Assembly (NCBI GenBank): GCA_951406725.2
Contig: OX597814.1
Span: 18,352,001-18,416,000, forward strand
From: Octopus vulgaris
Taxonomy: Eukaryota
Length of the DNA stretch: 64,000 nt
Direction: 5' to 3'
A program made the translations under genes and the position numbers. A model generated the notes under the pieces. The model did not search any database. It saw nothing but the letters and a program-made list of their open reading frames with translations, and was not told the origin of the DNA. Of the stretch, positions 54,865 to 64,000 are shown in pieces (position 1 is the first letter of the stretch; each line of letters opens with the position of its first letter).

Positions 54865-55071
54865 TACAAGGGGTTGTTGAAACATTACTGATGTTAATGG
54901 TTTCGTGAAGGGCCTAGCTAGAGGCCCAAACTTCTGAATTATTTTACAGGGTTTAAAAAAACTGAAGGATCGCTGCATTATTTGTGTGAGTCTGAGTAGG
55001 GAAGATCTCGAATAAAATCATGATTAACTGATCCTATTTTATTTTTTTTTAACTTTTCAGCATCGTCTCAT
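54865..55071 (+). mobile_element. Mariner-derived MITE relic
   Basis: Ends TACAAGGGGTTGTTGAAA and AACTTTTCAGCATCGTCTCAT; the interior encodes GLKKLKDRCIICVSLSREDLE*, like a mariner C-terminus. Confidence 0.6.
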
Positions 55072-55663
55072 GGGGTCCCCGCTCTCAAGCAAATGAGATA
55101 TTCATCAGTATCACCTGTATCTCTATTCCGATATTTTCTTCGTCTTCTGGATGTTAGTCATATGTCAAGGATTTCGTCATACGCTTCAAAAATCATGGTT
55201 AAATATTATATAATCAATGTAGTTATGTAGTTTTACCTTACTAAATTCTTCCTTGCTTACGCATCTCTGAGAGATTGAGCTACCACTGTTCTAAATTACC
55301 TTTTCGCATCTGACCATCTATATGTATTCTCTACACATCTTTTAGAAACTCCTCGCTTTTAAATAGGATCAGATCGTCAACTTTCTGGACACTTATTACC
55401 TATGCATTTGTCGTTTCACTTCTAATATATATATTTTTTCTTCTGGGTGGTATTTCAAGAAATTTCATCTTACGAAGCAGGTGTTTATGTTCTTTCAAGA
55501 AATCACTTTCGGATCCATGCCCCCAAATACGTTGGGTCCATACCATTCACAAATGAATCTGCATTCATTACGTTGTAATAATGGATATATTTTTATTTCC
55601 CGATTTATATTCGGATTGTTTCTGTTAATGTTGTGTATATGTATACAATATTCATGTATGCAA

Positions 55664-55732
<69 letters not shown>

Positions 55733-55789
55733 TAGCTATAGATATACACATATCTATATATATATATATATATGAATGTATATATGTAT

Positions 55790-56055
55790 GTGGAGGCACA
55801 TGGCCTAGTGGTTAGAGCAGCGGATTCACGGTCGAGGGCTCGAAGATTCGAATCTCAGACCGGGCGTTGTGTGTGTTTATGAGCAAGATACCTAAGCTCC
55901 ACGCGGCTCCGGTAGAAGGTAATTGCGAACTTCTGCTGACACTTTTGCCACAACTTTCTCTTACTCTTTCCTCCTCCATCTTGCAGCTCACCTGCGACGG
56001 ACCGGCGTCCCGCTCGGGTGTGGAACCTATACGCCAAGGAAACCGGGAAACCACA
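55790..56055 (+). mobile_element. SINE family B2
   Basis: Colinear with 16791-17107. Confidence 0.85.
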
Positions 56056-56087
56056 AGGGGCAAAATGTATTAAGAAGACGATGGATG

Positions 56088-56252
56088 ATGTATGTATGTA
56101 TGTATGTATGTATGTATGTATGTATGTATGTATGTATGTTATGTATGGATGTATGTATGTATGTATGTATGTATGTATGTATGTATGTATGTATGTATGT
56201 ATGTATGTATGTATGTATGTATGTATGTATGTATGTATGTATGTATGTATGT
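56088..56252. repeat. (TATG)n microsatellite
   Basis: Seen directly. Confidence 0.95.
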
Positions 56253-57123
56253 ACGTGTGTATGTGTGTATGTATAAAGTTGTATACTACATCACTGAAGG
56301 TTGAAAAAACTAAAAGACTCTTTTGACTAGTTTGATTCATATAACCCCTAACTGTCAACAATTTCTCTAAGTTGTAATGGATGGTAGACATTTCAAAAAG
56401 TTCCATGTTGACTGGAGCGGGAGACGTGAACTTCTAGGGAAATATAGTTCTGAAGATGAAGGGTGAAAAGTTACACTCGTTAGTTAGTTAAAAAAAAAAG
56501 TTGGATTAAAATGATTGGAGGCGATAGGGGTCGTAGCGACCTAGTAAGTACTAAGAAGCAGCAGACCGATGCAGTAATAATTTGAAACTACTGAGCGAGG
56601 ACATGATGCGTACATGGGTTGCATACAATAGGTTATACAATGACAAAATAGTCTTCGTTGATTTTATGCGGGAAAAAAAAACGAGGATATGCAAAAATAG
56701 AGAATGTATAATGGCACATATTGGTTTGAAAAGGTCAGAGCAAATATCAGCAAACTATTCTTTATCACTGTGAACAATACTGTGACATTCTTTAATCTTA
56801 TATTTTCTTCCACCATTGTTTACTGCCGTCTTTATATATATTTCTTCCATTCAGTTGGTCTTTCTTACTCTCTTGCATTTTATCCATTGTATTGTACTGT
56901 CTTTCTGGTTTTACTTTATTTGTTCTTTTACTTCTGGTTGTCTTCCTCCTTGTTAGAACTTATTTATTTCTGGCAGTCATTTGAAAATAAGTATTTAAAG
57001 TATTTATTCATTCTATCCCTTTTCTCCCTATTTAATTTTGAGCAAAGAAATAAAGAAAGATATAACGACATTGTTTAAATGTCAACGTAATAAGAAACTA
57101 AAGTGTGGAAATGTCTGTTCTGC

Positions 57124-57173
<50 letters not shown>

Positions 57174-57295
57174 TAACAGAAAGAAAGAGAATAAAACGAG
57201 ATAAAAAGTGAATATACCTAATGCCAATCAGTGCGCAAAATGCGATATATATGTGTGTGCTTGTATGCGTGCCTGTCTATGAACGGTTGTGCTTG

Positions 57296-57389
<94 letters not shown>

Positions 57390-57555
57390 CGTTAAAAAAT
57401 AGGATGAAACAGGGAGCAAAATCATTGAGATGTCTAAGGGCACCTGCAAGAGACATCAGGATCGTTTGAAAGGCAAACGAAAATAAAAGGAATAATAAAC
57501 GTCGCCTGTCTTCCACGATTTGTGTCTACGTAAGCATCATATATACATACATATG

Positions 57556-57731
<176 letters not shown>

Positions 57732-57744
57732 AAAACATATATAC

Positions 57745-57805
<61 letters not shown>

Positions 57806-57846
57806 ACAGTCATAGAAATATGCTGCAAATGATAAACATACATTTT

Positions 57847-57885
<39 letters not shown>

Positions 57886-58184
57886 TATATGTATAAGTAT
57901 ATGTATATATACGTAATATGAGAGAGAGAGAAAAAGAGAGAAATGAGTATACATACATACATTCATATCCATCGGCGCAGAGGGCTACAGCTATATGTAC
58001 ATATGTGTGTCTATGCTCATAATCATATAGTTATGTATATATTTGTAAATCTAGCCTTCTGTATGCATGCACATATCTATGTATGCATCTGTACAAAACT
58101 GACGAACTCCAGGGTTATTGCCAACGCTGTCAACCCGGACAAGTTCATGACACAAACAGCTGACGTATGGATGTCAGTTGCCGT

Positions 58185-58352
<168 letters not shown>

Positions 58353-59190
58353 ATATATGTCTGTCTATCTGTCTATATGTCTGTCTCTATATCTCTCTAT
58401 CTATCAGCTCATCTACCTACCTATCTACTCTCAAAGGTAAGTGATGGGTAGTATTTGACACATTGGTCAACTATGACCTCTTACATTGGTCAACTATGAC
58501 CTCTTGTTCGCAGCATCTGTCGTTGACATAAAGAAAATTATTTTAGTTTTCATATTAACACTGTTGAAACGTATCCAGATATTTCTAGACATATTTTCTA
58601 TAAAAATTCTTTAAGTTTGCTGTTTTCAGCTTATACATTTTTTTTTTCTTCTTTTTCTGAATTCTTTTCATTGATCGAACCTTTAAATTTTTCAAATCGG
58701 TTGGGTGTGAATGTTGTAAAATACGTCCATGTATTTTAGTTTTCTTTCGTTTACAAGCTATATATCTTTAAATAAAGAGTAAATGAAGAATAGTGACGGT
58801 CATGCTTGTCCCTTGTATTTTACTTCTTTGGGTGTGGAGATATTCAGTAATATATAGAACTCTGTGATAACTCTCCACGGTATTTCATTTCTAGACATTT
58901 ACAGGTAGGAAGAAAATAAAAACAGTGTATTCACAAAAACTTAAGTATCTCTCGTGTATACATAGTGTTTGCATAAACAGTGAATTATCTTTCGTATCTT
59001 TAATGAAATATTTTATTTTTTGTTTTCGTTCCTTAATTAAGAGGAAACATTTAGTTGATGTGTAACTTGTGTATCAGTCACCAGATTATTCGTTAAACTA
59101 TGTATCAAGTATAGAAGTCAAGCGGAAGATGTACAAAGCCAGCAAGATTCGAACCGTGTATCTTTCAGAAAGTGAATGGCTGTACACTAT

Positions 59191-59507
59191 TATTTTTATG
59201 CGCCCTTTTCAAGCCTAACCAGGCTCATGGGCCCTGTTTCCCAGTTTCTGTGGCTTTATGTGTTCCCCCCAGCTGGACGGGACGCCAGTCCATCGCAGCG
59301 TTACTCAAGAAACAAGAAGAGAGAGAGTGAGAGAAAGTTGGGGCGAAAGAGTAAACACGGGTCGCCCCACCCACCCTGCAGGAGCCTCGTTGAGTTTTTA
59401 GGTGTTTTCGCTCAATAAACACACACAACGCCCGGTCTTGGAATCGAAACTGCGATCCTCCGACCGCGAGTGCGATGCCCTAACCACTGGGCCATTGCGC
59501 CTCCCAC
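59191..59507 (-). mobile_element. SINE with a family B head and a B2-type tail (intermediate form)
   Basis: Head GGAGGCGCAATGGCCCAGTGG as in family B; 3' part GCTGCGATGGACTGGCGTCCCGTCCAG...GAAACTGGGAAAC as in B2; possible TSD ACACTAT at 59184-59190 and 59511-59517. Confidence 0.82.
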
Positions 59508-59659
59508 TTAACACTATACCTAACCGATAATACAACCTCTGATCGTTTAAGTAAGAAAAGTTAAGCTAGGTAGCTACGATAATACATTAGTGACATGTCA
59601 GTCAACAGGGATCCCACTGCAAGTTATAGTATTATAAATATTTAATACAGACAAGTGAA

Positions 59660-59925
59660 GGATCATGATTCAGCGGATAGATCGTCGGATTCACAGTCGT
59701 GAAGTAGTGAGTTCGATTCCCAGATCGGGCTACATGTTGTGCTTTTGAGCAACACACATTATTTTATGTTGTTCCAATTCATTTAGCTGTAGAAATGGGT
59801 CGCGACTCACTTTACTGGTACCAAGCTGTATCGGCCTTTGCCTTCCCCGCATCAGTGGCGTTGAGAGAGGAAACTGATATTTATGGGCAATTGCTGGTCT
59901 TCCATAAACAACCTTGCCTGGACAA
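59660..59925 (+). mobile_element. Old tRNA-derived SINE (Deu/Nin-like central domain)
   Basis: B box GAGTTCGATTCCC followed by CCAATTCATTTAGCTGTAGAAATGGGT. Confidence 0.5.
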
Positions 59926-60949
59926 TCTGGAAAATATTTTTTTTACCCTAACATAGATTACTATGAAAAAAATTTAACATTGCATGTTGTTAGGCTACTT
60001 GTAGGATTTCTTTTAACTCAACTTATTTTTGAATTCAGCAACCTATCCCGGGATAAAATAACTTTCCAGCTCTTTTATACATATAAAAATCTTCACGGCT
60101 CATGAAGCATACCCGAATTTCAGTATTCTTTATTGAGAAAATTTAATAAGACCTAAAAAATATACGTAGCTACTATTCATGTTTTAAGAAGAAATCTAGT
60201 ATAAGTTTCATAACATGCTTATTATGTATTCCAAATTAATTCTTTATTTCTTGAAATTATCTTCCTCATCTGAGAGCGTCGCTACGAATTAATGCTGAAT
60301 ACTATTACCTGTCTATAATCATAGAAGAGGAGAATTTCATTTAAGATTGTGCGTGTGTGTGTTTATTTTGTGAACTTCAGTAGGTTACATTTTAAATAAT
60401 TATGCCATATGTTAAGTGAATTGTGATTTCGGAGAAAACTCCTGGATTGTAGAAAAACTATGACGAGAAAAGAGATAAATAGCGCGATTAGCCTATTAAA
60501 TTCACTCCTATATTGGACACTTTACAATCTCATATTTTGTCGACCTCGGAATTACAAAGTAAGAACGTATAGAGTCTGAAGAAATATGGTAAAGCAATTT
60601 GACCCTACTCTAACGATTTAGCTGACTGGAATGTGAGGACACTAACATTCCAGCAAACGAAAATTTTACGTGATAGCTATAATAATAATACTAATGGCGG
60701 TCGCTACCGTCAGTTTCGACGAATGAGTGTTTGAAGGAGAAGACTTAAAGTTAAAGAGAGTAATCGAAAGAAAAACACAAAGAAGCTGCAATCTATTTTC
60801 AGTGGATGCATGAATGTAACTTCAGTCCAGGTATGGGTTTTGCTGTGAAGTCGCAATGGGGACATTGAGGATTTTAATTTTGCCTAGGATTAGGAAAGTG
60901 TGTCTGTTGGCTGCAGGTTATAGTTCTTCTATTGTTCTTTTTTTCTACT

Positions 60950-61740
60950 CAAATTGTTTGGATGCATCGTGACACATTTTCCGCATGCGGATCGATCTAG
61001 GCAATGACTTTACCAAGATGCCAGCTTAAGCTATAGAGATTTTAGTAATTGCTTCAGCTTATCTTTATACCTAAGGAGAGGTCTTCCTTTGACGCGATAT
61101 CACTCTACTTACTGGCCATACAGAAGAATTTTGGGAATGCGATCAGTTTTCATTAGAACAACATATCCTAACCATCTACACTGAATTCTCATCAGCATGA
61201 TTTGGATCCTGGAGATATCACATTTTCTTGTTGTCATTAGATATCTTATCTTGCTATTTTATGTTGCATATGAGGTGCAAACAGCACTTGAGGAAGGATT
61301 CCACTCTTCTGCCCAATACAAAAGAATGCTTAAAATACAAAAATTTGAATAAACTTAGTTTTCAGACAGACATCGTGTTCTGCCTATAAACGATGGACAA
61401 AAGTACCTGTAGACTTAGTTGTCTAACATTGATTTTGTCATCAAGAGTACTCTTAAAATTTGCTGTACTTCCAAGATATTTAAATGACCTGACGCATTTG
61501 AGTGGCTTGTTGTCTATCATCCAATTTGAGTCGTGAGTATGTCCTGCTCTAGACCTTGGTTGGAATAAAACTTCAGTTTTCTTGATGCTGCTAGCCAGGC
61601 CAAATGCACGAGTTTCCACAGTAGGCCTGTCGACCGCTTCCTGTATTCCCTTAAATGTGTGTGAGAAACCTAAGTAAAATTGTCAACAAAAAGAAAGTCT
61701 CTTCCTTGGTCTTTTTCTTTGATCTGAAACTTTACTTTCT
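60950..61740 (-). pseudogene. Degraded RTE-clade LINE, RT C-terminal region
   Basis: KKTEVLFQP, FKYLGST, DRIPKILLYG and GRPLLRYKDKLK on the minus strand. Confidence 0.8.
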
Positions 61741-62635
61741 CCTTCTGTGCGAAACTAGAATTTTATACCTTCGTAGTAATCCGTGAAAGCATTTTGGAGC
61801 GTCATTGAAAAGAATACGGTAAAAAGTAAAGGAGCTACAACTCATCCCTATTTGATTACAGTGGCAACAACAACAACGACGACGACTTGGGAACTGTAAA
61901 TAAAGATTTACACGAATGGTTGAAGTTGATTGGCATAAGATGTCCTGTAGAGCTTCTACAGAGAGTTTGCTTCTCGGGGCAGGAAAAATTATCGGGTGGG
62001 TTTTAAGCATTTGAAAGATTATTGAAAACTTGTGGATAATTAAGGTTACATGTAGTAACTTGCTACTCACGTAAATTCTATCACAAATAAGAACAAAACT
62101 GAGTTAAATCATCAATAATAATAATGATGGTTTCAAATTTTGACACGAAGCAATTGTGGGCAAGAGTGTAGACCGATACTTATTTTATCGAATCGAAATC
62201 ACAAAAGGCAAAGTAGATTCCTGATACTTATTTTATCGAATCGAAATCACAAAAGGCAAAGTAGATTCGGGCGTCATTTAAACTCAGAATATTAAGTTTG
62301 GATTGACAAAACGAAATTGATATTGATATATTAATATTGAAGGTGGTAATAGCTATAAATTCAAACTTTCGTACTAGACTAGTATAATCTATAAGGGCCT
62401 GAGGAGTTAAGTTGACCATGGCCAACTTCAAACTCAGAATTCAGAGATACATTACACTTTTTCTACCGTTGCACTTCCCTTTCTATACAGATCATACTGA
62501 TCAAAGCATTCAGTAACAAAGGCTAGGAAAATAACAATGAACAAACAGAAGTCGGTTCCGCAGGGTACAATTCCGTCACGCCTCGTTTATGTCTGCCTGG
62601 TTCGGTTTCAGATAGATCTATCACGAACAACTACC

Positions 62636-62989
62636 TGCTTCAGTCATTTGACTGTGATCAAGCTGGAGCACCGCCTTTAGTCGAGCAAATCGACCCCGCG
62701 ACTTATTCTTTGTAAGCCTAGTACTTATTCTATCGATACTGTTGCCGAACCACTAAGTTACAGGTACGTAAACACACCAGATTCGGTTGTCAAACGATGT
62801 TGGGGGGACAAACACAGACACACAAAAAATACACATACATACACGCACACATATATACATATATACGACGGGCTTCTTTGCTCGGCCCGAGGCTATAGTA
62901 GAAGACACTTGCCCAATGTACTACGCAGTGGGACTGAACCCGGAACCATGTGGTTCGTAAGCAAGCTACTTACCACACAGCCACTCCTG
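62636..62989 (-). mobile_element. SINE family A with an internal deletion
   Basis: Colinear with family A but missing the TTTCCGTCTACC...CACAAGG segment. Confidence 0.88.
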
Positions 62990-63721
62990 TATATACTGAA
63001 TAGGCACTACTACCCAGTAACACTTGCTTGTTCAGGTATGTTTAGAAAATCTGAGAATAATCTCAAGCGCGCATAGTCTCTAGAATCGACAGCATAAAAC
63101 AGTCCTTCTCGGTGCTCACTATTTGTAAGTAATTGCCAAGCATGCCCGCCATTAACTCACCACAAATTACAAGGATATCTATCAGTAAAATGGAAATTTC
63201 AATGGATTAACAGAAGTAATTCGTTCCAAAGCTGCTAACACAAACAAGCAAACAGCCTTAATTCCTATACGAAAATTGGATTTCAATGATCTTCCCTCTT
63301 CACATTTATTTACTGGTTACACGCAACACCAACAAGCCTGATCAAACTCTCGTTACCTGCAATAGTAATGGACATAGTAGAAATTATAATTATATCTGAA
63401 TAACTTAAAGACTCCTCAGAAGATAACTGCCAATGATATAAATGTACTTCACATATGTCAAGTTAAATAAAAAGACAATGTAAATTGACCTTCTAGATTC
63501 GAAATAGCAGTCTAACCTTACACTCTAGCGTTTTAAAGAACGGAACATAGAGACAATGTTCGATGCAATCCTGAATAAGCTGGGTGAATTATGTCAGAAG
63601 AGAGCTTTTAAGTATGAAATCAAAGACTGCTATAAACCAGGTAGGAAAAAAAAAATTATATAATAAAACAGAACGTATGTAAAATCAGAACAGATGTAAC
63701 GTGCTAAATTTTATGAAACCC

Positions 63722-64000
63722 ATGAGGCACACTAGAAGTTTTAAGACTTTTTTTTTAGGAGTGACATTAATTTAAAAACCCGTACAACTATCCGTCAAAG
63801 AAGGATCCTCTGATTTCAATGAGCTTCTTAGTGAGCTCCAGCCTCTTTATGAAAGCTCAGTGGAGGTTTTCTGGAGTGAAGGTCTCCGAGACCCTTGTCC
63901 CAGCCCTCTTTATCCTATCCTTCAGCTTGGGGAACAAGCCTACAGTAACAGGGGACAAGTTCTGAACTGAAGGAAGAGTGAGAGATTTTTGAAGCCCGTC
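63722..64000 (-). mobile_element. 3' end of a degraded mariner element, running off the window
   Basis: Minus strand reads HSSFSSELVPC (HPPYSPDLAP-like) and LFPKL...TPENLH*AFIKRLE...IEIRGSFFDG*, then a TIR-like AAAAAGTCTTAAAACTT...CCTCATG. Confidence 0.6.

Noticed and set aside
58460-58505. Short tandem duplications (23 bp here; about 30 bp at 53839-53892; 48 bp at 62175-62268)
   Set aside because: Ordinary two-copy slippage duplications with no sign of function.
60626-60653. Hairpin CTGGAATGT...ACATTCCAG starting like miR-1
   Set aside because: The stem is only about 12 bp and the sequence diverges from miR-1 after 8 nt; too short for a pre-miRNA.

Overview
AT-rich, microsatellite-saturated eukaryotic DNA. 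The SINE inventory and repeat style resemble an octopod cephalopod (Octopus-like) genome; this is inferred from recall, not from a database search. No host protein-coding gene can be called confidently, and nearly all ORFs in the track are translations of microsatellites or SINEs. The window holds: (1) about 30 copies of at least five tRNA-derived SINE families, many with clear target-site duplications (TSDs); (2) a near full-length IR/DR-type Tc1 (DD34E) element at 48334-49932 with three in-frame stops; (3) four mariner relics; (4) a 5'-truncated CR1-like LINE plus a second 3' fragment, an RTE relic and a Tx1/L1-type endonuclease relic; (5) a co-oriented stack of R4/Dong-like restriction-like-endonuclease (RLE) retrotransposon fragments, each bounded by (TAA)n, at about 20.7-24 kb; (6) non-autonomous Helitron-like elements; (7) Penelope-like remnants with hammerhead-ribozyme-like motifs, one of them fused to a tRNA-like head; (8) two local duplications and two long palindromes. 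Splice-signal patterns hint at a minus-strand host transcript (about 36-48 kb), but this is weak.
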